This document shows positions 28,876 to 42,340 of a DNA stretch of 64,000 bases, in pieces. Position numbers and translations under genes: made by a program. The notes beneath the pieces were generated by a model. That model was not told the DNA's origin. It made no database searches and saw only the letters and a list, made by a program, of their open reading frames with translations. Source of the DNA: the human T2T-CHM13v2.0 reference genome, Homo sapiens; the NCBI RefSeq assembly GCF_009914755.1, contig NC_060929.1; one strand, 5' to 3'. Position 1 is the stretch's first letter. The number at the start of each line of letters is the position of its first letter.

Positions 28876-29489
28876 CCACCGCCAGCTTGCCTTGACACAT
28901 AATTCCCTGCTCTGGAACAATTTTATTGACTTTACAGTGGAGGGGTCTTTCATGGTTTCTCCAGTGTCTTCGACTTTTGTTACAGGCCAGAGGCAAGATC
29001 TAATAAATTGAAAGACGCAGAAGTGTTGTATTTCAAATAGATGTCCTTATGTTTTGCAAATTGCAAAATGAAAGAGTGGGTTATTTTAAAGAGCTTCACA
29101 GCCCCTTCCCTCTCACCATGGATTTTTTTTTTTAAACATTTAAGGGCATTACAGAGACAACATGATAAATGTCCAAAGGTAGGGAGGAGAAAAAATACAA
29201 AGAAAAAGAAATCTGAAGAAGATCTTGAATATAAAGTTAAAGAAGGAATATAGAGATGAAGATTCCCTTTTATTACTCATCCTTGATATTAACTTATGAT
29301 TCAATTGCAAATTGAAAACATCCCTGCGTAAGTACATTTTATGTACTTGTTAAAATAGGAGTTGGCTGCCTGACTTTCAAGACTTTCAGATATATTTCAA
29401 TTGTATTTATTAGTTAAAATTGTATACCTTTTTCTGGGACATTTTATGAACTCATCAACTTGAAAAATATGGATTATTATTGTTGCCAG

Positions 29490-29650
29490 TACTGTATTTA
29501 CCATTTTATTACATATTTTTTCCTGTCTTACCCACTAAAATGTCAGCTTCATCAGCGAAAAAACCTTGTCTCCTCTTCCTCAGTCTTATATCAGCAGTGC
29601 CCAGTGGATTAGTGAAAATCTGGTAAATAAATATTTGCTGAACAAATGAT
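29490..29650 (+). mobile_element. L2 3' end
   Basis: cccactaaaatgtcagcttc...aaccttgtc...cagtgccc...ataaatatttgctgaacaaatga. Confidence 0.65.
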
Positions 29651-30787
29651 AGTCTCTTATATAATGCAATTCAGATTTCCTTAGAATTAGGTGAGACGAC
29701 TCTCCGCTGGATACATTCCATGAAGTATGGCATTCAGATTATAACACAGTAGCTCAGGTACTATTTAATCAGCATACTGAGAATCTTCTTTATTTTTACA
29801 GACCAGTGGTTTTCAGGTATTTCTTTCTGGCAATTATTCTTTCAACTAAATTCCATTACAAATTCCAACCTAATAGGGAAAAAAAACACAGAATTATTCT
29901 TTGTAAAGTGAGATTTGTATGTGTTTGATTGGGCTCATTTATTCTTCACTTATTCCTACATAGCAATCCTTGAAAGATCTTTAGAGAAATGAAGGCATTC
30001 AAAACATAAAGTTTAAAACCCATGTTCGAGGGGTTTTTTTCCTCATGAAGCTTGTGTTTTCTGTCCTTAAATTATTAATATATTGACAAATAACATGAAA
30101 TGAATTAATTGACATATAGTAGATATAAAATAATTAATATTAAAATATCAGGTTAACATCAAACATCCTAAGAATTCTCCAGTTATTTTACATGCCCTCC
30201 ATATTTTGTTATTTTAAAATAAATGCCTAAAATAGTACTTTATAAAAAGTATATTTGACATTCCATGTCCTGTAGCAATGAGCTAGTTTAGTAGGATAAT
30301 TTATCTTGCTTTATAAATGCTCAAAATATTTTCTTTAAGTTTTTAATGGGATTGGAGTGCTTAAAATAGTGCAGAATATTTGTGCCAGTTTTTGTAGAAA
30401 ATTATGAACTCAGGTAACAAAAAATGTGAGAGCATCGCAGCTGATTTTGTCTTGAGATCATTTTCTAATACCTCACAATGGAGTTTCAGTTAGGAAAAGT
30501 AGAAACTAATCAAGGCCCAGAACTATCAAGGTAAGGAGTCTTATAAGAGATCCTTCCCACATTTACTTGAAATTCAGAGGCTATTCAGACTAAGCATGAA
30601 CCAGAAGTAAACCTTCCTCTCCTCGATTTCTCCAAACTCATGGCCTGGAGAGAAAGGGTCATCAAAGAATTCACATACATGAAAAAATATACCATGTTTA
30701 CAGAATAGAAAGTGGGACATTTGCATTATCTCAATTTTCTCCAGATATGTGTATGGATTTAAAATCAAAAATCAAAATTTCAAATGG

Positions 30788-30790
<3 letters not shown>

Positions 30791-30826
<36 letters not shown>
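30791..30826. repeat. (TG)18 microsatellite
   Basis: Perfect dinucleotide run. Confidence 0.97.
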
Positions 30827-30827
<1 letters not shown>

Positions 30828-31329
30828 TCTTGCGTAACCTAACAGTCTATAATCTATATGAAAATGTGAAGCACCAAATATTGTCACAACGGTCTTGGAG
30901 AAGTAAAAGTTGGAAGAGCTTGTTTTAACAGATCAAAACATATTATAAACAATAGTAATAAAGCTAGTTTAGAATTGTTACATGGGCAAACCAATAGATG
31001 AGAATCAAATACAGAAACAATATATTCAATAATTGGCATTTGATTTATGGCAAATGTATTACTCTAGAGTAATATGGAAAGCACAATTGTTGCTTTTTAT
31101 TAAATCATGCTGGGAATATTGGGTATCCAATTAAAATAAAATTTTACATTAAATACTTAAATGTAATAAAGAAATTGAAATAATCTGGAAGAAGTTCTTT
31201 GATCCCTTAAGATAAGGAAACATCTTAAACTAGCTACAAAATAGTTCTAACCATAAGGAAAATATTGATAAAATTTACTACTTTAAAATTAGCAAATTGC
31301 TGCTCATTAAAAGACCTAAGAGTGAAAGG

Positions 31330-31833
<504 letters not shown>

Positions 31834-32043
31834 TCATATTGTGAGAGAGGATAGTTGCAATACATATGACCAATAAAGAACTGGTATCTAGAGTATGGAA
31901 ATAATTCCAAATGTCGTTAAGGGAGACAGAAAATTCAATAGAAAAAAATGAGCAAAAATATTGAATAGGCAAATAAATGAGCAAAGGTTATGTATCTACA
32001 TAACCTTATTACTAATTTGGAGCAATTAAAATCATAACCACAG

Positions 32044-32486
32044 TGTGATGATTAATACTGAGTGTCAACTTGATTGGATTGAAAGATGCAAAGTATTGAT
32101 CCTGGGTGTGTCTGTGAGGGTGTTGCCACAGGAGTTTAACTCAGTCAGTGGGCTGGGAAAGGCAGACACACCCTTAACCTGGGTGGGCACCACCTAATCA
32201 GCTGCCAGCATGGCTAGAATATAAATCTGGTAGAAAAATGTGTAAACATGAGACCAGCCTAGCCTCCAGGCCTACATATTTTCTCCTGTGCTGGATGCTT
32301 CCTGCCCTCGAACATCAGACTCCAAATTCTTCAGTTTTGGGACTTGGACTGGCTCTTCTCCTCAGTTTGCAGATGGTCTTCTGTGGGACCTCGTGATCGT
32401 GTGAGTTAATACTCCTTAATAAACTCCCCTTTATTTATGTATGTATCCTATGAGTTCTTTCCCTCTAGAGAACCCTGACTAATACA
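32044..32486 (+). mobile_element. MLT2A1 (HERV-L) solo LTR, complete
   Basis: tgtgatgattaatactgagtgtcaacttgattggattgaa ... ctagagaaccctgactaataca. 443 bp with TG...CA termini and 5-bp TSD cacag/cccag. Confidence 0.9.
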
Positions 32487-32884
32487 CCCAGTGAAATATA
32501 TGTTGCAATGTAAAGTGTCTGAAAGGTTATGGAACAATGGAGACTCATATACTGCTGAGAGGAATGAAAACTGGTACAAGAGTGTTGATAAATAATTTTA
32601 AGTTATGCATACCTCACTGATGAAGCAGTTTTAATTTAGGTATGGAGTAAGCAGAGTTACATTTCTGCACAGATGAAGACATGTACAAGAATGTTTGTGG
32701 TAGTATTATTCATAATAGCTGTACTCTGTAACAAACCAAATGTTCACCAACAGTAGAATGGATAAGAAAATAATGGTACATTTCATTCAAAATTATAGTA
32801 CACTAATGCAAATGAACATATCGCAGCATGTATAACAACATAGATAAAATTTAAAAAGTCAATCAGTGAAAACACACACACATA

Positions 32885-33229
32885 CAGTCATATGTCATTT
32901 AAAGACAGGGATACATTCTGAGAAATGCATCTTTGGATAAATTCATCATTGTTTGAACATCAGAGTGTACTTACACAAACCTGGATGGCATAGCCAATTA
33001 TACACCTAAGCTATAGCTTTATAATAGGTATAGCCTATTGCCCCTAGGCTACAAATCTGTACAGCATATTACTGTACCGAATGCTGCAGGAAATTGTAAT
33101 AAAATCTTATGGGTCTATATAAACATAGAAAATGCATAGTAAAAATACATACAGTATGACAGTCTTATGGGACTACCATCGTATATGTGATTCATTGTTG
33201 ACTGAACATTGTTGTGAGGCACATGACCG
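32885..33229 (+). mobile_element. Tigger3a (Golem) DNA transposon
   Basis: TA-flanked cagtcatatgtc...gggatacattctgagaaatgcatc...gagtgtacttacacaaacc...gcacatgaccg. Confidence 0.9.
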
Positions 33230-33585
33230 TATTTTATGATTTCAGTTATATGAAGTCAACCAAGAGTTCAAACTAAAATATATTGTTTAGGAATACATGC
33301 TAAGGTGTTAAACTAAAGAATATCCAAGAAATAATTGAAATAAAACTCAGGAAAGCGATTATATCGGGGTGAGGGGAGATATGATTGAGAAATCTCCAAA
33401 ATGCAACATTCTATTCTCTTTCTTTCTCTAGTATTCACTTTATATCTCTCGTCCATTATTTTTGTCTTATATGTGCTATGTATTTTCTTTGTTCATATGT
33501 TCTTTCTTAGTGAATACTTAAATTTTTTTAAATACCATTACTTTTAATTGTATGACACATAATTTACTAATTTATTGAGTGAGGG

Positions 33586-34041
33586 TGTATTAGTTTCCTA
33601 GAGCTGTCATAAGAAAATACCACAAACTGGGTGGCTTAAAACAATAGAAATTTATTCTCCCACATTTCTGGAGGCTGGAAATCTAAAATCAAGTGTCAAG
33701 TGGCCCATGTTCTTTGGGAGGGCTCTTAGAGAAGATGCTTTCCTTGCCCCTCCCTCGCTTCTGTTGGTGGCTGGCACTCCTCGGTCTTACTTGGTTTGCC
33801 GCGGCATCACTCTGATCTCTGCGTCTGTCTTTGCATGGCCGTCTCCCACTTATGTCTGCATTTCTGTCTCCAAATTTTCCTCCTATGAGGACAGCAGTCA
33901 TATTGGATTTAAGCCCGCCTTTAATTCAGCATAACCTCAGATTAATTTATTATATCTACATAATCCCTATTTCCAGGTAAATTCATATTCTGAGTTTCCG
34001 GGAGACATAAATTTAGGGGGGACAATATTCAACCTTGTACA
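33586..34041 (-). mobile_element. MLT1C MaLR solo LTR
   Basis: tgtattagtttccta...caaactgggtggcttaaaacaatagaaatttattctc...gtcatattggatt...ggggacaatattcaacc. Confidence 0.88.
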
Positions 34042-35044
34042 GGGGTATAATGTTTAATACATTCATGGAGTGTACTTATCACTTCAAAACAGCAATATAA
34101 AGTTTCAATTGCCTATCCATCTCCAAGCCATGGAGTAGCAGAACCTAATGTAAGGGTTGAGATCTCTCCAATCTTAGAGAAAATTCACATCTCTGAAGCT
34201 AAAGAAAGTAAACATTATCTGTGTATTTGAGGATGGAGTTTATGGAAATTGTGTCAGATTCTCTATGGAAACTAAGCCAAGAGTGACAGGAATTTTTTCA
34301 CTGAGAATTAGAATCAGAATTATGTTTATCTTTGCATTACTTGAATCTAGAACAGAGGAGTCCCTTGTTCTGTTAACCAACGATCCTTTCAGAAGAAATA
34401 CCCTACTCTAATTCTTTAAAATTGGGTTGCTCAAATTTAGATAAACACAACTTTGGGGCTGAAAATCTCAAAATGTTTCATGTGTAGCTAATACATTTAC
34501 AATGTGAAATTTTTGTTGCCATAGCTATCATTTTCCTCATTCATATTAGAGACAGGATTAGACTTCAAAATAATTGTGCTTTATTATTAATGTTCATTAA
34601 ATAATTATGAATAAATGATTCACATTTATGGATAGTAAATGACATCTTTGAACTTAAAGATATTTAAAATAATTGCTTTCTCATGAATAAGTTAAATCAT
34701 TTTCTTTGAAATTTTTTAAATTACTGTATTCATCCTTACACTACCAGTTTTCCATTTATATCTGAAATGCTACTTCCAAAGTACTTTTAAAATATTGAAA
34801 TAGAAGATTTCTATTGGAAAATTTGAATAATTGTCTTCAAAACTAAATTGTGCATATGCTGTATCTTCTCAGTATCTCAGCCAGAAATGAAAAACGAAAT
34901 ACTTTGGGAGCATAGTGGAAAAGAGGAAAGAGAAATTTGGATTCGTTTCAAAGTTTAAAAAAAAAAAAAAAAGCCTACTGGCAGATTCAAAGGCCTGGAT
35001 TATATTCAAAATATCACAGATCGCTAAAACTGAAAATTATCTTA

Positions 35045-35185
35045 TAAATCATTATTCAGTCCAATCTCTGAGTAGATGGAGAGATGTAATATATGAGAAG
35101 GCTGAAATCCAGAGAAAATTGATAACATGCTCTAGGCTTCCCAGTTAGTCAGGTATATCTCTGTTTATTCTACTGCCAGGACCAA
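35045..35185 (-). mobile_element. MIR fragment
   Basis: atgagaaggctgaaatccagagaaaattgataacatgctctaggcttcccagttagt. Confidence 0.5.
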
Positions 35186-36110
35186 AACAAATAGGTTTGG
35201 AAATACACGTTTTCCTAAATACCCCATGTCCTTCTGTGTACCGGTGTAAAGTCTAAGAAGATCTGCAGTATTAATACAAATTGGTGACATTACCGGCAGC
35301 TTCAGTGCTGTCCAGAGGGAGAAAAACAAATTGCTACAAATAAAAAAAAACAGATTTACGCTGATGTTTGGTTTTTCACCCTTTTTGGTGCTATCCTATA
35401 TCTATTTAGCCTAGTCTAAACAGCACACTAAGGAAAACCTGATCGATTGAGGACTTAAAATGTGTTTTTAGTTCCCATAAATAATTGTGAGTAAAATGTG
35501 GTTAATTATCCTTAGTGATATATATCTAAAGTGAGATACTGAAAATTTACTTTGATTAACTTCATTTGTTCTCAGCACAGGTGTCTGCATCAGGAGTTAT
35601 TCATGGACATTTATCTCCAAGTCCTTTTTTTTTTTTTTTTAAACCTTGGATTCCACAGACCACACAGGACTTTTTGATCTCAGTTCTTCCTCACTGGCAT
35701 GTTTTTTTTTTTTTGACCTGAATCTAATTTTAGAGAAACACGTAACTCATTTGATCTATCAGGATATATTTGTCTTCTATATGGGTTGAGGGATAGCGGC
35801 AATCATAGATAATAGGAAAATTTAAACTAAAATCCTCTAAAAACAATGTCCCTGATTTAGTATTCTACGTCATTAGTGACTAAAAGTAGAAAATCTGTTC
35901 AACACAATTTGTCTTAAATTTGTACCAACCGTACTGACACGCTGAATGTATTTCTGTTCACGTACATCATGGGTCATCTTTTTTTAGTGTTGAGTGTAAA
36001 TAATGTGCTGTGGTCCAATTCCAGGTGCAATCCTTGAGCTTTTTCCAGCTGTAGGACTGGAAAGTCTATTGGAGGCATTTTCAAAGCCCCAATCTCTCTC
36101 TCTCTCTCTC

Positions 36111-36885
36111 TTTTTTTTTTAACTTGTAAAGATTTAAAGGATACAAGCGCAATTTTGTTACATGTATATGTTCTATAGTGGCGAAGTCAGGGCTTTTAGT
36201 GTATCCATCACCAAAAAAAAAGTATATTATACCCATTCAGTAATTTCTCATCACCCCCTCCCACTCCCCAATTCTTCTGAATCTCCATTGTCTATCATTC
36301 CACACCTTGTGTTCATGTGTACATATTATTTAACTCCCACTTATAAGTGAGAACATGTGGTATTCGTCTGTTTCTGACTTGTTTCACTTAAGATAATGAT
36401 CTCCAGTTCTATCCATGTTGCTGCAAAAAACATGATTGCATTCTTTTATGGCTGCATAATATTACATGATATATATATACCACATTTTCTTTTTCCAATC
36501 ATCCACTGATGGACATTTAAGTTGATTCCATATCTTTGCTATTGTGCATAGAGCTGTGATACAAATGGCAAACAAGCGTATGAAAAAGTGCTCAACATCA
36601 CCAGTCAAAAAAAAAATTCAAATCAAAACCACAGTGAGATGTCATCTTACACCGGTCAGAATGGCTATTACTGAAAAGACAAAAAATAGTAGATGTTGAA
36701 GAGGGTGCAGAAAAAAAGGAATGCTTATAAAATATTGGTAGGAATGTAAATTAGTACAACCTCTATGGAAAACAGTATGAAGATTTCTCAAAGAACTAAA
36801 CATAGAACAACCATTCAGTCCAGCAGTCCCACTACTGAGTAAACAAAGTAAAATCAATCATTATGTTAAAATGATATAATGCTCT
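36111..36885 (-). mobile_element. L1PB3-like element with 5' inversion
   Basis: L1PB 3' UTR on - (36111-36560, gtggcgaagtcagggcttttagtgtatccatcacc). ORF2-end piece on + (36561-36885, acaaatggcaaacaagcgtatgaaaaagtgctcaacatcac). Preceded by (CT)n. Confidence 0.85.
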
Positions 36886-37686
<801 letters not shown>

Positions 37687-38937
37687 GCCCCACTTCTTTA
37701 AATGCCCAGTTCTCCAGCTCCTTAGCATCTGGACAGGAGAGGAGCCCAGTCTAATTTGGTCTTACTTCCATGCATTGCTTGCTGAGGGATATTATTTGCT
37801 GAGTAGAGGTAGTTCTCAACAGACCTCAATTTGAAGCTTTAGATGAATTCCATTTTCCAAACAATACCATGGTTGCTAGGAAAAATCTTGCCACGTTTAC
37901 AGCCCTTTTCATAGGTATCAGTTTTTCAAATTCATGTCCCAGTGAAGAAAGTGCTTCTTGCTAAACTGATGAATTCCCTCAAGGTCAATGCTTAGTCAAT
38001 ATCTCAGCCAGCCATACTTGAAGAGTACAAGATCAAGGTAGCATGAGTGGGACATCTGTCTGCTGATGGGCTTGTGGTGGCAGGGATTCTGGCTGCAGTG
38101 AAGAAAGCCTGCTGTGTAGCTGCTAACTCTTCCAGTTGCTGCAGTCCATCAAGCAAGAACAATCCCTGTGTAATTTTTAGTGTGGGAGAATGAACACCCT
38201 AGGTGGTTTAGATACCAAGTGTGACAGCTTTATTAATTAGCTTTTTCAAGATTCACATATAATCAATTTCAAGGTTAATGAAAGACCAGTTCCAGCATCA
38301 ATTACATCATAGAACTAGATCAATGTCCCCCTTTATCGCTTCTAACTCAATGCCGGGATTCATCTCCAAGCGCCACAATTTTGGGCTCTCTGGTAGATTT
38401 TCTTTCTGAGTCCTCCCTGCTCTTGTGCCATAGACCTGGATGGGAACTATGACAGCCCATCACATTAGAGTTCCATAACAGTTAATCTCTGAGAAAAAGT
38501 GTTGCAAGATTTTGATACCTACTGTACCCACTAACCTAGATATAAAATTAGTCTACACTCTCCCCCAAAACACTTCATGACATGGTTATGCTGAACTTCT
38601 CCTGGCCTGAACAAAAGGTCACTTTACACATTTTATCTGCATAGTGGATGAACTTCTCAAGAACAGCTCAAGAGACTTTATCCATAGAGAGGACAGTGCA
38701 TAGCTTGGGGCTGAAAAAAATAGATTAGTCTTTATTTGAACACTCTACTACTATATTCATTTTATTTATCCTTATGAATATGAAAGCCAGAAATTTTTAT
38801 AACTTGAATTTAAAAGACAGAGAATATTAGAACAAGATAATATCTATAAAAAATGTGAAAGTTACCTTTGTTTCTTTGAACAAGGAAAATAGCAAACTGT
38901 CTTGGAATGTTTTCATGGCTACTTAAAAATATTATTA

Positions 38938-39733
38938 TGCTTTATATTTTTATAGCAGTTTCAGGTTTATAGCAAAATTGGGCAGATAGTACAGAGAGTT
39001 CCCATACGTCTTCTTTCGACCACACAAAGGTTCCTTGTTGCTAACATCTTGTATTGGTGTGGTACCTTTGTATAATCGATGAACCAATATTGACTCACTA
39101 TTATTAACTAAAGTCTATAGTTTCCATTAGGGCTCACTTTTTGTGTTGTACATTCTGGGTTTTTAACAAATGTATAATGATATGTGTCTATTATTATAGC
39201 GTCATACAGAATAGTTTCCCTGCCTTAGGAATCTTCTGTGCTCCACCTATTCATACCTCCCTCTCCCAAGCCCCTGGCAACCACTAATTGTTTTACTATC
39301 TCCATAGTTTTACCTTTTTTTAGAATGTCATATACTTGGCATCGCACAGGATGTAGCCTTTATAGACTGACTTCTTTTATTTTGCAATATGCATTTAAGT
39401 TTCCTACATGTCTTTTTGTGGCTTCGTAGCTCATTTCTTTTTATAGCTGAATGTCACATTTTAAGGATGTACCACAGTTTGTTTATCCATTCACCTATTG
39501 AAGGCCATCTTGGTTGCTTTCAGGTTTTGGCAATTATGATTTGATATAAACATTCATGGGCAGGTTTTTATGTGGACGTATGTTTTCAACTCATTTGGAA
39601 AAATACCTAGGAGTGTGATTGCTGGATTGTATGGTAAGAGCGTTTAGTTCTGTAAGAAACTGCCAAACTGTCTTCCAAAGTGGCTGTACTAGTTTGCATT
39701 CCTCCCAGCAATGAATGAGAGTTCCTGTTACTT
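38938..39733 (-). mobile_element. L1MC1/2 3' end
   Basis: gcagtttcaggtttatagcaaaattg...gtacagagagttcccata...gaaccaatattgac...cccctggcaaccact...aactgccaaactgtcttccaaagtggctgtac. Confidence 0.85.
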
Positions 39734-42029
39734 TCACAGATTGCTTCTACATTTGAAATTCAAATTCAATAAACAAATGTTTAAGAAATAGAAGTTAACT
39801 GTCTATATAACTTTAGACGCAAAAAAAATTTTCAAGGATGGATATCCTAAAGTTAGGTTTGACTTAACAGTCACTTCTGTTTCAGCGTGGAGGGCAAATT
39901 TGGGCCTTTCTGCTTCAAGAATTAAGATGCATCCAAATAAATGTCTCCTGAAGTCCACATTGAAATCCTGGCTTCCCCAACAGCAACACATCCTTTCTTA
40001 AATTTGTTCTTTCTTGATATATTTTCCTCCCTAGGTCTCATTGCAAATTTGGCTAAAACCATTTTGACTACATCAGTGAGGTAGCTTTCCAAGTTATTTT
40101 TATTATGATAATTCTATTTTTAAAATAATTTTTAAATAACCATTTTATTCAAGTTATTTAATTTTAATCCAACTTCATACCATGTTTTATAGTTTTCTTT
40201 AAAAAATCTATTCAGCTACATTGACATATTTTTAATAAGCCATACAATTTTTCTAATTTAGTAATGTTGTGTCAGGAATATTTTTATAATTCACCATCAT
40301 GCACTACATAAGTTGGGATTATTTTTCCAACAGGATAAGATTTAAATATGAGCCTGTGACTTTTAGTTAATGTTAAACTTGCAGCACAGTTTTTTTTTCT
40401 TGGAAATATTTTTAAAAACACAAATTAAGGGAAGAAAATCACACAAATATTATAGCAATTAAAATGACAATATATCATGAGTTCTTCTATATTAAAATTT
40501 TATCTTCCTTCCACTTGCCATTCCTCATATACTTTGGAATATTTCTGATATATTACTGCATGGATGCTCACAGACATATTGTCTCAGTTTTAGAAACAAA
40601 TGACAGCTTCATTTTCCAGATCATTTTTAAGGGAAAACCTTACTAATCTTTTCTTGTTTTCATGAGAAAACGTTTCTTTTCCAGGAAGGAACAGTATTGG
40701 AGTAACACTTTGCCATTTTAAATTTTTTCATGTACTCCTCCTTGGAAGAGAAATAACGAATTTGACTGTCATGATGGCAGGAGTTTGACCTTTATCGGTC
40801 CAGTTCTTCTTAGGCAAGGTAAAGGTGTGATGTCTGCTGTGCTTTTAGGGCCTGTGGCTTTCCTCCTTTGGCTCTTCTTGGCTCTAGAATGGGTCCGTTT
40901 TGTTTGTGCCATCAGGTAACTGGGGGAAAGCATTTCTTCCCTAAAACTGAATTAAATCCAAATGAAGGAAGAAGCAACAGAAAGCCCATCTGATCCAAGC
41001 TGTATCTCCAAATCACGAGCTGCTCAACAAAGCTGCTATTTGGATCCCCATCTCATACCTTTATTTCTTAATTGGTTCTCAATGCAGAGAAAGAAGGGCT
41101 GTGATTAAATCACAGAAGTTTCCTTCCCAATTTGAAGTAACTGTCAGGAATTAACCATTAACTAACACACGATTTAGACAATTTCTTTAAAGAAAGAGGT
41201 TTCTGTATTTATTGATTCCTTTGTATATGCTAAGAACTGTATATCAGTTATTTAATCTGATTTAATCTCACTAAATCTTGGTTAGAAAAAGTGTCACAGA
41301 GGAGTTCTATGTTTAGCAATAGGATTATTTCAGCATTCTTTCTCATAAATGTGTGGTTTATTCCAAAAGATCAAGGAAGTCACTTTTTTGTTTTCTGTTT
41401 TTCTTCAAAAACAATGTATCATTTTCATTGACTCTGATCTATGTTTTTCAGTCCGGCATATTGATAGTAGTAATCCTTGGATTTCCAGGTGAAAAACTCA
41501 GGACAGATGCTTCAACTTTATTCAATACTATGACCTTTATTCTCACAGAAGCATAATCAGGGATAGACAAACTAACCTTATACACTTAGTATGAGTTATC
41601 TGCTAGATTGAAAAAAAATTGATGTATCAAAACTAGAAATTAGAGATCTATCTGTCTAACTATCTTATCTACAGGTTTGTCATGTTGGAGACCACAGCTG
41701 AGAGGCTGCTTCACATTTTATGCACTTTCTAGTTGCTTAGAACAGTTTGATATGATCACTTGAAACATGTTCAAATCTGAAACCTACTTGAGGGTTCACC
41801 AAGCACAACCCCCGCCCACCTTGTACCGATACTTGTCTTGTGATATCAAAAGTTGAATCTTTTGACACTTGAAAAATGTTTACCTATTGCCCATGTATTT
41901 GCCTCAAAGTTTATCGAATTTTTCAGTAATTACCTCTAAATATAAATTCTTTTTCCCCCAGAAGTAGTACAAACTTATTCAAAATGTAATCTTATTTTAT
42001 ATAATAAAATATTCCCTGAAATAGAAATT

Positions 42030-42340
42030 GAGGTGGTCTGCTCAGACCACCTCCACTTTAGGAGTCACACAACTAACCTTCAGGTGCTGCTGGGAATATG
42101 AGTTTGGGGTGGTTCATAATGTTGTTCCTCACTAGGAATCACTTTCAGCCGTAAGGTAAGATTATGTCACTTCCGGGTCAACCCAGGTGATCTGTTAGGA
42201 TTGTTGTATCTTAACAGTTTCTCCCTTTGCCTAGTCTGAGTCCCTCATTTCCTTAGATGATGCTCCCAAGAGCACTCTTGACTACTTCCTGCATGAAATT
42301 CTTCTTACTTTCTGTTTCTGGGAAACTTGACCAAAGGTAG
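42030..42340 (+). mobile_element. LTR16-family ERVL 5' LTR (decayed)
   Basis: tctccctttgcctagtc...tcccaagagcactc...cttcctgcatgaaatt...tctgtttctgggaaacttgacc, typical of an LTR16 3' half, directly upstream of ERVL internal sequence. Confidence 0.55.

Noticed and set aside
35295-35325. REST/NRSE or CTCF site (ttcagtgctgtccagaggg)
   Set aside because: Only a half-site match, which is expected by chance.
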